64,000 nt of DNA from a virus. Taxonomy: Duplodnaviria; Caudoviricetes. The stretch covers positions 96,001 through 160,000 of the IMG/VR virus record IMGVR_UViG_3300021431_000003. The stretch is one strand, 5' to 3'. The translations under genes were made by a program, and so were the position numbers. Shown here piece by piece: positions 9,901 through 20,091 of the stretch. Position 1 is the stretch's first letter, and each line of letters starts with the position of its first letter. The notes beneath the pieces were generated by a model, which saw only the letters and a list, made by a program, of their open reading frames with translations, ran no database searches and was not told the origin of the DNA.

Positions 9901-12201
9901 TTGGCTAAGAACGATAAGAAACGCTCATCTAATGGGCTTATAAAAAGACTTACTGATACAGTCCAGAATAATCTGGATAATCTATATCAAAAGACTTATT
10001 ATTCTCAACCTAGTAACAAACAAGATATCGAGAATATAAAAAACAAACTTGATACATCTATTGATAATATCGTTACAACCAATAGAAATAATACTGGTAA
10101 CGGTACAATGTCTACTTTATATTCTAGAATTCAAGCTGCTCCTATGTTAGGTGGACAAGGTGATGAACAGGCAAAGAAACTTGAAGAATTGATTAATGAT
10201 AATCAGGTTATTGAATCTGGTTTGATGGGATTTATTAATAATACTACTACAGTATTTGATTATGATAATAAGATTGATACAATTCTTAAGTATATGCCTA
10301 AGTTACAAGAGGCAATTGATACTAGAAAGGATAACGTATTATCAGCTGACCATTTCTCTAAGGACTTTATCAATATTACATCATCTAATATCAATAATGA
10401 TACAGAAACTTATAATGAGCATATCAAATACATTAAAGATACATATAAGATTCAAGACTTAGTAGATGAGATTTATGATAAAGCATCTAAATACGGTGAA
10501 GCTTTTGTATATGTAGTACCATATAAGAAAGCTGTAGCTAGACTGCTTCGTAATAAGAATAATATTAGAGCAGATTTAAATATAAGAGAACAGACTATCG
10601 TTTCAGAATCTGGTAATATAAGTATGGAATCACTACCTAAAGATCTAACTCAAAAAGATTTTGAAGATGCTGGTATTGGTAATATTAAACTTGAATGTTA
10701 TACAGGAGCAATTAATTCAATTGTAGAAAACTGTATGCGTTTTGAAAAAGCAGCTAAATCATTGAACGAGATGTCATTGAATTATGAAGGTGCAAATTTC
10801 TCAGAAGTAACGATTCTTGAAGCGGCTGAGAATGTACGCGATGTTGTAAAGGGACAGTTTGACAGGACTATTAAAGATGATTTATCATTTGATGGGTTTG
10901 ATGATAGAGGTCAAGACGGTCTTGTTGATAAGAATAAAGTAAAGAAGAAGGGTAAAGACGATAAGTATATTAATGTACCTGGTACTATTATCAGAATACT
11001 AGAAAGAAAACATGTTATTCCAATTTATATTGATGAATACTGTTTTGGATATTACTATATTGAAGTAGAAGGTCCTTATAATCCAGTAGGTGATTATGAT
11101 AAGATGCAAGACCCTACAATGTCTCTTAAGGGTTCTAACTCTATCTTATCTACAAATAGTATGATGGACCAAACTCAAAAGCAGAACAATATTATTCGTT
11201 ATCTATCTAATCAGATTTCTAATTTTATTGATGCTAAGTTTATTAATACTAACCAAGACCTTAGACAAGAGATTTATACTATTCTTAAGTATAATCAAGA
11301 TAATAACTCTTCTAAGATGAATAAGATTAGAGTTACATTTATTCCTCCTGATGATATGGAACATGTATACTTCAGAATGAATAAGGACACACATAGAGGT
11401 ATCTCTGATTTAGATAAGTCTCTTTTCCCAGCTACATTATTCTCTAGTATGTATATCACACATACTATCTGGAATATGACACGTGCTCAAGATAAACGCG
11501 TATATTATGTAAATCAGAATGTAGATACTAATATCTCTAAGACATTATTAAACACTATTAACCAGATTAAGAAAGGTAACTTTGGTATTCGTCAAATTGA
11601 GAATATTAACCATATTCTTAATATAACTGGTATGTTTAATGATTATATTATCCCTAGAGGTCCTGGTGGTACTCCAATTGATTTTGAAGTAATGCAAGGT
11701 CAATCTGTAGAGTATCAATCTGAATTGATGAATATGTTAGAAGAGGCTGCAGTAAATGCAACCGATGTTCCTATGGAAATGATTCAGATGCGTAACTCTG
11801 TAGATTATGCATCCCAGTTAACAATGTCATCTTCTAAGTTCTTACGTAAAGTATATAATCGTCAATCTAAGTTTCAGAAAAACATTACACGTATTGTAAA
11901 TAATATTTATAACAATGAATTTGATGATAATATTACATTAAATGTAGTATTACCTCCACCAATGTTTTTAAATATTACTAATACAAACCAGATGATGACC
12001 AACGTAAATGAATACTCTCAGTCGGTAGCACAATTGATTCTTGATCCAGATGAAGAAGAGCCAATCAAGAATGAAGTTATCCGTGAGATTAACAAATTCA
12101 ATCTTGGTTCTTATCTTAATATTCCTGAGTTGGAAGAGATTGCACATAAAGCTAAGCAACGTATGGCTGCAGAAAGTAATGAAGAAAACGGAGAAGAATA
12201 A
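9901..12201 (+). CDS. Portal protein (phiKZ/AR9-like)
   Basis: TTG start after AAGGAGG; YMPKLQEAIDTRKDNVLSAD, ASKYGEAFVY, RAQDKRVYYV, TDVPMEMI and LPPP segments follow the T4 gp20/jumbo portal layout; late promoter 9862-9873. Confidence 0.75.
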   Translation: MAKNDKKRSSNGLIKRLTDTVQNNLDNLYQKTYYSQPSNKQDIENIKNKLDTSIDNIVTTNRNNTGNGTMSTLYSRIQAAPMLGGQGDEQAKKLEELINDNQVIESGLMGFINNTTTVFDYDNKIDTILKYMPKLQEAIDTRKDNVLSADHFSKDFINITSSNINNDTETYNEHIKYIKDTYKIQDLVDEIYDKASKYGEAFVYVVPYKKAVARLLRNKNNIRADLNIREQTIVSESGNISMESLPKDLTQKDFEDAGIGNIKLECYTGAINSIVENCMRFEKAAKSLNEMSLNYEGANFSEVTILEAAENVRDVVKGQFDRTIKDDLSFDGFDDRGQDGLVDKNKVKKKGKDDKYINVPGTIIRILERKHVIPIYIDEYCFGYYYIEVEGPYNPVGDYDKMQDPTMSLKGSNSILSTNSMMDQTQKQNNIIRYLSNQISNFIDAKFINTNQDLRQEIYTILKYNQDNNSSKMNKIRVTFIPPDDMEHVYFRMNKDTHRGISDLDKSLFPATLFSSMYITHTIWNMTRAQDKRVYYVNQNVDTNISKTLLNTINQIKKGNFGIRQIENINHILNITGMFNDYIIPRGPGGTPIDFEVMQGQSVEYQSELMNMLEEAAVNATDVPMEMIQMRNSVDYASQLTMSSSKFLRKVYNRQSKFQKNITRIVNNIYNNEFDDNITLNVVLPPPMFLNITNTNQMMTNVNEYSQSVAQLILDPDEEEPIKNEVIREINKFNLGSYLNIPELEEIAHKAKQRMAAESNEENGEE

Positions 12202-12206
12202 AGAAA

Positions 12207-12232
12207 TCCCCAGTGACCGAAGTCACTGGGGA
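12207..12232. terminator. Bidirectional intrinsic terminator
   Basis: tccccagtgac-cgaa-gtcactgggga between convergent genes. Confidence 0.8.
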
Positions 12233-12244
12233 ATTTTATTTTTA

Positions 12245-13390
12245 TTATCGAAGAGTGTTAGTGGTATTGTAGCGTTTTACACGTGCTGCTTGAATTTCTT
12301 GTGCTGCATTATTATGAGCTTCATTGATAAAGTGTTCTCTATCATCACCACTCATAGAAGCTACAGCATCTGCGTATCTAAAGTTTTCACCGCCACCATT
12401 AGTACCTTCTTCAGTACCAATGGTTACACCAACATACGCTCTATTATCACTGTTAACCTGAGTATCCATTTCTTCACCAACTGCATTACCGTTAGATTCA
12501 TTGAAATAACCAGGCGACTTGTATTTATTATCACCATCATGAATACCAGCCTGTGCAATAGCGTTGTACTTGAAGTTATTGCTATCAACGATAACTCTAG
12601 AATTGGTAATATTTGCAGGATTACGCATAGCAAGAAGCATATCCTGAGCCTTCTGATATACAAAGTCGTTATTGATGAAGAATCCATTGAACGGCAGAGA
12701 TACTTCTGCGAACTGGATATCACCCTTATTACCAGTATAAAGGTCAGAATAGTTTGCTGTGGTAGGCTGACAAGCTGCAATAAGGAATGCACGCTCAATC
12801 TTAGTCATAGTGTTATCTGTAAGGAAGTACATGAACGAGAAGCACTCCTGATGAGGACCTGGGTCTTTACCAGAAACAGTATCAACACCATTAAAGGTCC
12901 AAGCATCGATAAGACCATGATAATGTTTAACCTGAGTATCTGGGTCCTTAATACCCGTAAGATAAAGCTCATGAGCCTTAGTCAGGATAGAACCAGAACG
13001 CTCGTAGTAGTTAAGCGAGAAGTTAGAGTTAGTAGGCTTCATAACCTTATTGATAACACTAACAGAACGAATACCGTTAGTAATTTCACCAGTTTCACCA
13101 GTGATATTATCAACGTTATCAATACCTCTGAAGTCATTCTCAAGAATATGAACATAGTTGTTAACAATAGTTCTAATATTCTCGTCCTGCATAGCAAGAT
13201 CTCTCAGGAACTGAGGAATGGATACTACACAGAGAAATGGATAACCCTTTTCATAGAGGTCCCACTGCTCCAGGTTACTAAAGTCAGTAACACCTCTCAT
13301 AAGATTAAAGTTGAGAAGCTCACGAGGGGTCTTTAAGCCTTTGAATGCACCACTAGTAGCTACAGAAGTAGGCGTTGCGTGATTTGCCAT
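12245..13390 (-). CDS. Putative tail tube protein
   Basis: Directly downstream of tail sheath; beta-rich FSLNYYERSGS / ACQPT / EVSLPFNG pattern; highly expressed codon usage. Confidence 0.6.
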   Translation of the reverse strand: MANHATPTSVATSGAFKGLKTPRELLNFNLMRGVTDFSNLEQWDLYEKGYPFLCVVSIPQFLRDLAMQDENIRTIVNNYVHILENDFRGIDNVDNITGETGEITNGIRSVSVINKVMKPTNSNFSLNYYERSGSILTKAHELYLTGIKDPDTQVKHYHGLIDAWTFNGVDTVSGKDPGPHQECFSFMYFLTDNTMTKIERAFLIAACQPTTANYSDLYTGNKGDIQFAEVSLPFNGFFINNDFVYQKAQDMLLAMRNPANITNSRVIVDSNNFKYNAIAQAGIHDGDNKYKSPGYFNESNGNAVGEEMDTQVNSDNRAYVGVTIGTEEGTNGGGENFRYADAVASMSGDDREHFINEAHNNAAQEIQAARVKRYNTTNTLR

Positions 13391-13406
13391 AAGTTATCCC
13401 CCTTTC

Positions 13407-16400
13407 TTAAATACTGGTTACAGTACTAGAGAGAGTAGAATAATTCAGTGCAGTAAGTTCGAAGATTTCAGCCTGAGCAAATGGTCTGAATACAACTTCG
13501 ATTGCTGCATAGAAAATCTTATTTTCTAGTGCTGCATCATCTTGTACATACTTGAACGTAATCTTTGCAAACTTATTTCTCCAAGGCTTCATAGCAGTCT
13601 CGACAGCATCCTTATATACAGTGAGGTCATCAGCTGTAATGAACTGATATCTAGCTGCTGGGCAAGCCTTACGAATAGCCTGCATCATCATACAAACAAG
13701 AGCAACATTGTTCCAGTAAGAGAATTCACTCTCAGTAGGATTCATAGTATACTCAGTTTCGATAGAGAATCTATCATCATAGTAGCAACCATAGTTAACT
13801 CTAAGGTCACACATAAGCTGCTTCTCGTTGATGATAGTAGCATCATCTGATGGATATACACCACCAACGTTATTGAGAGAAGTCATCTCAGAAGTTGGAT
13901 AAATCTTAGGAATGTAGTTTACAGTACCCTCAATGATATTACCGATAGTAATACCATTAGCAATACCAGCAAATACATCTCCGATACTGTTTCTAAAATG
14001 ACTGATATAAAGGTTAGAAAGACCATAGGTACCAGTAACCTGAATTACTCTGTTATCATATGGATTTCTAATCTTATAGTAGAGACAAGTAACTGCAATA
14101 TGCATATCTCTTACATAAGCATATTCGGAAGTTTCAGATGTGAGGTCAAGACCAGTTTCAGTTCCTGGAATAATCTCTGCACAATCCTCATAACTCTTAA
14201 CCTTGCCGATACCCATGTCCATATAGCACATGAAGTCACCGCGATAAGCCGCAAGTCTCTGCATTGCAAGCTTAACATCATTATCGTAGTTAGCATCAAA
14301 TACTGCATTCGGGAAATAAATATCAAGGTTAAAGATATCCTTATCGAATTCACCAGCAAAGAATCTGTAATACTGTCTCTGATAAATCTTATCAATAGAA
14401 TATGGAATCTTTACTTCGGTAAGAGTATAAGTTGCTGTCTTGATATTCTTATCAATCCAAACAGACCACTTATTAGCTACAGCATATGCCTTTGCGAGAG
14501 TACCATCTGGATCCTCTTCAAGTGTAAATACTCTAGACATTTGCTGAGTTTTAGTAGTAGGAACAATATAACATGGCGTTCCCGTCTGGTCATCAACGGT
14601 GAATCTCTTTGCCTCAATCATAGGAATCTTAACAGATACAAAGTTCTCAGGAACGATTGCAGCATCGTTAAGGTCGAATGTTTCGGAAGAAACAATAAAT
14701 CCGTTCTTATGACCAGTAATAGCCATAATTTCAGACATAGAATTTCCGTACAGACCAGAATTGCTATCAGGTTTATTCGTATAGTCTTCATCGAATACGA
14801 ATACTGGTACAATTGCAGCATTCTTAAATGCTCTACCAGACCACTGTTCATCAGCTGGATTCTTAGCAAGATTATAACCATTAGAACCAAATTCAAGTCT
14901 TTCAAGAATACCCTTATTAGTTCTAATCCAGTTATAATAATAACCTTTTGCTACGAGATTTTCATCCTTAGACGTCATATTCTCCCAATCACAATATGCA
15001 TTAACAGTAATCGTATCGTTATCAAATACATCAAGATGTGAGTAGTCATAGAGATATGCTACTCTCTTGAGGAGATTAGATACTGCATAAGAACTGAATG
15101 CGTTGTACTTACCATTGAGAGCATGACCAAACAGGATATCATAAGTACCGATAAGGTCATTATCACTTGTACCAAGAATTAACTGGAGAGTTTCGAGAAG
15201 TGCATCATAAGCTTCATAATAAGTCTTAACAGAAATCTGGTTAGAATTATAATTTACTGTACTTTCAATATCAAATGTATAGCCAGTACTGTTATTTCTA
15301 GTATAAGGATTGAGAGAGAATGAGAATGTCTCAAGTTTCTTAGAAGTAGCGTAATTATAAACAGTAAGCTTATAAATAGATTTCTTCATAGTAACAGACG
15401 AAGTAGTATCATACTCAATACCGATAGTCTTGATAGATTCACCACGACCATTATCGAAAATAGAGAACAGTGGGAATACCCACTCAGAAATGATATAACC
15501 ACTAGCCTTAGTCATGAGGTCATTAATAAGTCTCGTGGTGCTATCATAAGGAGTAGTATCAATAACATCTTCACCCTTATTATACTTAGAAACAACAATT
15601 CTATTGTTTTCATCTACCGTAGCAATACCCTGAATAATTGCACGTTCAAATACGCCACTATCGACATATTCCTTAGTGTTCCAAGAATCTTTTACAATAT
15701 CGTAGAGGTCTGTTTCATTAGTAAAGAATCTGCTAATATCTACATTTTCAGCAACCTGTTTAAATGTAGGGTTAGAACCGCCATTTGTAGAATCTACTTC
15801 CCAATGACCAGTATATTCTCCACTATCTTCTTCGGTTTCAGCTACTACATATTTCATAATAGTATAGCCGCCACCTTCAGTAGAATAGTCCTTAAACATT
15901 CTATCTGTATTAGAAACAGTATTGATACCAGCACTTGTTTCTTTAATGATATCGGTCTCAGCGTCAAATACAGAAGAATAAGTCTTCTGTTTGCCACTAG
16001 TAAGACCAGTTGTAACATTTACTATCTTTCTTACAAGGTTTTTACCATCTTTATTGATATCGACAACTCTATTGTCATTATCATAATAAACAGACTGAGA
16101 AAAACCAGAAAGAATACCAGTAGTAGTATTCGGGTCGGAGATAAGCTTAGAAAGAAATCTACTATCAGGTGTATCTTCATTAGCTACAACGTCGATAATA
16201 TAATTCTTATAGAGGTCATATCTCTCCTTATGTTCATCAAGCTTAACATTTGCAAAAGTATAATTGTTATCGTTCTTTACACTAAACATAAGAGGAGCGA
16301 TAGAATACTTTTCAGGAGCATCTGCTGCTACTTCGATAGACCTGATTAAAGCTTCATTATTTTCTTCAGTAGTAATAGTTACTTCCTTGTACTTAGTAAG

Positions 16401-16721
16401 AACAACAGCAAGAGTTGCATTACCAAGAGTAGCGTCATCAAGAACAGCTCTCTTTGCAAGAATAGCAGCACCGTTATTAATATTCATAGAAGCCTGGAAC
16501 AGAGGCTGGCCATACTTCTTGAAATCAATGTTATCCTGTGTGCCATATCTATCGTAGAAATTGTTACCATAAGATAAAGTGATACCTTCAGGACCCTTAA
16601 CAGAAGCAAAGGTACTGAGGTAGGTAACTGCATCGGCAGGATTTGTAGTGGTAACTGGTACCATTGCAGTAGCCTGAGAGTTATCATACACTTTAAATTG
16701 TGTACCAGGATATCTACTCAT
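13407..16721 (-). CDS. Contractile tail sheath protein
   Basis: 1104 aa, N-terminal YPGT..VYDNS, KGPE..FYDRYG, VFDANY, C-terminal YAAIEVVFRPFAQAEIFEL; late promoter 16815-16826. Confidence 0.8.
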   Translation of the reverse strand: MSRYPGTQFKVYDNSQATAMVPVTTTNPADAVTYLSTFASVKGPEGITLSYGNNFYDRYGTQDNIDFKKYGQPLFQASMNINNGAAILAKRAVLDDATLGNATLAVVLTKYKEVTITTEENNEALIRSIEVAADAPEKYSIAPLMFSVKNDNNYTFANVKLDEHKERYDLYKNYIIDVVANEDTPDSRFLSKLISDPNTTTGILSGFSQSVYYDNDNRVVDINKDGKNLVRKIVNVTTGLTSGKQKTYSSVFDAETDIIKETSAGINTVSNTDRMFKDYSTEGGGYTIMKYVVAETEEDSGEYTGHWEVDSTNGGSNPTFKQVAENVDISRFFTNETDLYDIVKDSWNTKEYVDSGVFERAIIQGIATVDENNRIVVSKYNKGEDVIDTTPYDSTTRLINDLMTKASGYIISEWVFPLFSIFDNGRGESIKTIGIEYDTTSSVTMKKSIYKLTVYNYATSKKLETFSFSLNPYTRNNSTGYTFDIESTVNYNSNQISVKTYYEAYDALLETLQLILGTSDNDLIGTYDILFGHALNGKYNAFSSYAVSNLLKRVAYLYDYSHLDVFDNDTITVNAYCDWENMTSKDENLVAKGYYYNWIRTNKGILERLEFGSNGYNLAKNPADEQWSGRAFKNAAIVPVFVFDEDYTNKPDSNSGLYGNSMSEIMAITGHKNGFIVSSETFDLNDAAIVPENFVSVKIPMIEAKRFTVDDQTGTPCYIVPTTKTQQMSRVFTLEEDPDGTLAKAYAVANKWSVWIDKNIKTATYTLTEVKIPYSIDKIYQRQYYRFFAGEFDKDIFNLDIYFPNAVFDANYDNDVKLAMQRLAAYRGDFMCYMDMGIGKVKSYEDCAEIIPGTETGLDLTSETSEYAYVRDMHIAVTCLYYKIRNPYDNRVIQVTGTYGLSNLYISHFRNSIGDVFAGIANGITIGNIIEGTVNYIPKIYPTSEMTSLNNVGGVYPSDDATIINEKQLMCDLRVNYGCYYDDRFSIETEYTMNPTESEFSYWNNVALVCMMMQAIRKACPAARYQFITADDLTVYKDAVETAMKPWRNKFAKITFKYVQDDAALENKIFYAAIEVVFRPFAQAEIFELTALNYSTLSSTVTSI

Positions 16722-16814
16722 GTTTTATCCTCCTTTATTAAAAATTTTGTTATAATATTTTATTATTTGTGTGTGTGTGGTTAGTCAAGTAGTATGTGAG
16801 GCTACTAGACCATT

Positions 16815-16826
16815 TATCTTTATGTT
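16815..16826 (-). promoter_or_regulatory. AR9-type late promoter AACA-N6-TA (tail sheath/tube)
   Basis: Minus strand aacataaagata. Confidence 0.7.
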
Positions 16827-16841
16827 AAAAATCTACGACTC

Positions 16842-17564
16842 TCAATCCATCATAATCTTCTCAAGAGGAGAGTCTTTATTACTATCTGCTGTAATAGAGG
16901 AGATAACTGCTTTATCCCACTCTTCTGATTGAATAGCAGTAAATGGTGATGTTCCTCTAGGTACATCTTTAATAGAAATCCACTGATACGCAGTATTATC
17001 AGAGTTATCAGTAATTCTAAATGGTGTATCAATATCTTTATTAGAACGGCATAGCTCTCCAATTACAACTCCAATAAGTTGTAAAGATACTCCATAACCG
17101 TTACCAGTAATTTGTGCATTTCTTAAAAAGTAATTCTGAAGTTCATCATAAGGAATATTATTAGGAAGTGCACCTGTATCAAGTGCAGAATACCAACGTT
17201 GGATATTCTCTGCATCTTGAGCGATATTATAGTTTATAACAATAACTCCTTCTTTATAATATTTTAGAATACGATAATCTTCAGGTTTGTTATTCTTTGT
17301 TAATACAATTCCCTTAGCAATTTCAATCTCATCTGGCTTAGTGAGAAATGTATTAGGGAATTTAAAGTTTCTCAGCTTTCCGATTGGTTTATCATTCTTG
17401 TCAAAAAGAGCATAAGGTATTACTCCAAACAGAGCAATACATTCACCAATAAACTCTGCAAGTTTATTAGAAAAGAACTTCTCAGGAACATAGAATTTAA
17501 AACAACCATCATTAGCAAATACATAAGAGTCACCTTTAACTTTAATGAAGCTAGGTGTATCCAT
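16842..17564 (-). CDS. Putative RNA polymerase beta' C-terminal fragment (virion RNAP)
   Basis: NIPYD..IGVVIGELCR..PFR..ISIKDV..SPFTAIQSE..AVISS..SPLEKIM parallels the beta' C-terminal clamp region; late promoter 17595-17606. Confidence 0.5.
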   Translation of the reverse strand: MDTPSFIKVKGDSYVFANDGCFKFYVPEKFFSNKLAEFIGECIALFGVIPYALFDKNDKPIGKLRNFKFPNTFLTKPDEIEIAKGIVLTKNNKPEDYRILKYYKEGVIVINYNIAQDAENIQRWYSALDTGALPNNIPYDELQNYFLRNAQITGNGYGVSLQLIGVVIGELCRSNKDIDTPFRITDNSDNTAYQWISIKDVPRGTSPFTAIQSEEWDKAVISSITADSNKDSPLEKIMMD

Positions 17565-17689
17565 GTATATCGCCTCCTATCTATATCAATTTATTACTTG
17601 GATGTTAAAGGTATAAAAATTGTGGGTTATATATAATAGATATGAAGAGATTTAGTCTCAAATATAATATTTACAAGGAGGACATCATT

Positions 17690-18379
17690 ATGTCTAAGAG
17701 AATGAAAAAGAAGAAGATGAGATATGCTAAGTGGGGTAATTTTAAAACTCCTGGCAAGATTCTCTATGAGGGAACAGTAAAAGGGTACAAAGTTGCTATC
17801 GTAAATGTATATGGTAGACACCCGTCTGCTTATATTCAGGTACCTGAAGACTTAGCTGATATAGCTTTTGAACTATTGCCAGTACATGGCGGCTGTAGTT
17901 TCAATGAAAAAATCTTCTTTAATGGAAAAGAAGAAGATAAAGGTTATAGATGGGTTGGTTGGGATTATGGTCACTTATGTGATTATGCTCCGCCTAGAGA
18001 TAAAACTCATCTTGATTTTTGGAATAGTTTTGGAGGAGATAACAGACCAAGACATACTACAGAAGAGGTGTATAATGATATTATCAAAGCCGTAAAAGAA
18101 CTTAGATATATTAATCAAGCTAAAATAGATTTATATTTCGAAGTTAATATGGATAAAGCTAAAGACGATGAATACTACTGGGATGACTTAAAAGAACAGT
18201 TTAGAAGTCTTGATGCTGAAACAATAGCGCCTATAAGAGAATGGAGCAAACTCTGGCTTAAAGGACTCTTTTTTGCTGGGTTCAATACACCAGAACAACA
18301 GAGAAAAGAAATCAATTATGTAATTGATATAATCAATATGGCTAAAAAGGGTGAATTGAAAATTACTTCTGAAGATTAA
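17690..18379 (+). CDS. Conserved phage hypothetical protein (VHGG..F / W.GWDYGH..DY motif)
   Basis: AAGGAGG RBS before ATG 17690; early motif 17630-17644. Confidence 0.7.
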   Translation: MSKRMKKKKMRYAKWGNFKTPGKILYEGTVKGYKVAIVNVYGRHPSAYIQVPEDLADIAFELLPVHGGCSFNEKIFFNGKEEDKGYRWVGWDYGHLCDYAPPRDKTHLDFWNSFGGDNRPRHTTEEVYNDIIKAVKELRYINQAKIDLYFEVNMDKAKDDEYYWDDLKEQFRSLDAETIAPIREWSKLWLKGLFFAGFNTPEQQRKEINYVIDIINMAKKGELKITSED

Positions 18380-18386
18380 GACCGAT

Positions 18387-18419
18387 AAAGAATGGTGAGT
18401 GCTAAACTCACCATTCTTT
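18387..18419 (+). terminator. Intrinsic terminator
   Basis: aaagaatggtgagt-gctaa-actcaccattcttt + T-tract. Confidence 0.8.
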
Positions 18420-18493
18420 TTTATATATTATTAATGTGTAAGAGGTTACCGTAAAACGGTTATAAAGACTCCACGACCTCTTGGAGGCATATT

Positions 18494-18811
18494 ATGAGTA
18501 AAATTTCGGACCAGTATTATTTCATGAAAAAAGATGGCTCTGTATATCTTGGACGGTTTCCATCCAGACATATTCAAGAAATTTTAAAACCGTCAGGTAG
18601 CATCGCTATGTACTACTCGACGGATAACCCCAGTTTGGTTGAACATGGGGCTCCTGGAGGAATTCTTTTCTTTAGCATTAAAGAAGGTGAGAATAATCCT
18701 CTATATATAGACAAAACTGTACTTGAGACAAAGTGTCTATGTAAAGTGAATGTCTATAGGAAAAAGAATGGGTATGTAATGAAAATTTCAGCTTTGAAAG
18801 GAGGTGAATAA
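18494..18811 (+). CDS. Hypothetical protein (early-type promoter)
   Basis: 105-aa ORF, GGAGG RBS, early motif 18424-18438. Confidence 0.6.
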   Translation: MSKISDQYYFMKKDGSVYLGRFPSRHIQEILKPSGSIAMYYSTDNPSLVEHGAPGGILFFSIKEGENNPLYIDKTVLETKCLCKVNVYRKKNGYVMKISALKGGE

Positions 18812-18812
18812 T

Positions 18813-18995
18813 ATGGGTGAAATCAAAGGAATCAATGAGTATGGTCTCGCATTTAGCCTCTATTTAGAGGAGTGCGAATACTATAACGAGGAGCCGCTTA
18901 GCTACGATGAGTGGCTCGAAGAAGAAATCTACGAGCAGGAGGCTATCGACCGAATGCTCATGACAGATGCTGAAAGGTATGGAGAGGAGGATTAA
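18813..18995 (+). CDS. Small very acidic protein
   Basis: AAAGGAGGTG RBS before ATG 18813; 60 aa, E/D/Y-rich. Confidence 0.65.
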   Translation: MGEIKGINEYGLAFSLYLEECEYYNEEPLSYDEWLEEEIYEQEAIDRMLMTDAERYGEED

Positions 18996-19017
18996 CCAAC
19001 CTCTCAGCATCAAGAAG

Positions 19018-19043
19018 GAAGGCGGGACTCATATCCCGCCTTC
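19018..19043. terminator. Intrinsic terminator
   Basis: gaaggcggga-ctcata-tcccgccttc + T-tract between convergent genes. Confidence 0.8.
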
Positions 19044-19047
19044 TTTT

Positions 19048-20073
19048 TTATCGTCTTACCATTACTACCTTAATAGCACTTGTGATTTCTGTATCAGTAT
19101 GAAGAGTAATCTTCTTGCTTTCTGGATTATAGCTCCACTTAATATCACTAGGAACACCTTCTGTAGTGACATTTGTTTTTTGTGTACTATCCTTCTTAGC
19201 AATGATTTCGTCATACTTGTAATCAGATTCAGTTGCTTCAGATGTACCAAGTACGTGCAATTCGAATACACGGTTTTCATGATAATCTTCTACAAGCTTA
19301 GGAATGAGTACTTCTGCATCGATTGTTGTATCTGCTGCATTAACAGTAATCTCATCAGAAATCCACATATAAGTACCCCAAGGATTCTTACCACAGAGCA
19401 GAGTTTCAAAGATTTCAGAGATAGTCATACCCTTAAGAGAATCTCCTTCTTTAAATCCACCTATAGGATATTTAACAGTAGAATTCAATACAGTTTTGCC
19501 ATCTACAGTTTCACAAGCATAATCATCTTCTTCTACTCCATCCTTAGGATATAACATAAGGCACATAAGTTGAGCAAATGTAAGCTTGCGGAATTTAGTA
19601 CCCTTCTTAATGCCACCTACAGATACAGTAGTACCATTTTCAGATAAATCTCTAAAGATATCTGCATCAGCGATATGCATAAGAATATGATTAAGTTCAC
19701 ACTTAGTCACATATCTATTGTCTTCTTCCCAATGCATAGGATGAATACATCTATCGTGCGGTGGGGGAGGTGGAGGACAAGGTTTAGGCGGTGGGCATTT
19801 ACGTCCAGGAACAAAATAAGTATTTGGTACTGGATTAGGCTGTGCATCACCATAACCGTCTACATAATAATCTGGTCTATATGGACCAGGAGTAGGTTTA
19901 TCAGAGTAAGGTCTATTGATAACTTCTGGTCTCCTGAAATATTCTCTTGGATTTGGAGCAGGCTTTGGTGGTGGAGGACAAGGGCAACAACTATCATCCA
20001 CACCAGGAACCAATTCAGGTTTATCATTATCAATGAAGACACTCTCAAATTCATCATAGAAATCGTTAGCCAT
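19048..20073 (-). CDS. Putative virion structural protein with Pro/Cys-rich N-terminus and duplicated (V/I)GG(I/F)KxG..LT/MT..(L/I)..LL motif
   Basis: 341-aa ORF, AAGGAG RBS, last gene of late operon 25463->19048. Confidence 0.55.
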   Translation of the reverse strand: MANDFYDEFESVFIDNDKPELVPGVDDSCCPCPPPPKPAPNPREYFRRPEVINRPYSDKPTPGPYRPDYYVDGYGDAQPNPVPNTYFVPGRKCPPPKPCPPPPPPHDRCIHPMHWEEDNRYVTKCELNHILMHIADADIFRDLSENGTTVSVGGIKKGTKFRKLTFAQLMCLMLYPKDGVEEDDYACETVDGKTVLNSTVKYPIGGFKEGDSLKGMTISEIFETLLCGKNPWGTYMWISDEITVNAADTTIDAEVLIPKLVEDYHENRVFELHVLGTSEATESDYKYDEIIAKKDSTQKTNVTTEGVPSDIKWSYNPESKKITLHTDTEITSAIKVVMVRR

Positions 20074-20091
20074 ATGTCTTCACTCTCCTTT

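Noticed and set aside
12041-16557. Long plus-strand ORFs opposite the tube and sheath genes (431 aa, 347 aa and others)
   Set aside because: Shadow frames produced by biased codon usage; no RBS or promoter. The same applies to 38031-39251, 54612-55205 and 62078-63130.
16769-16779. (GT)n microsatellite in the sheath leader as a phase-variation switch
   Set aside because: Only about five units, in a 5' UTR away from promoter and RBS spacing; no evidence of variation.
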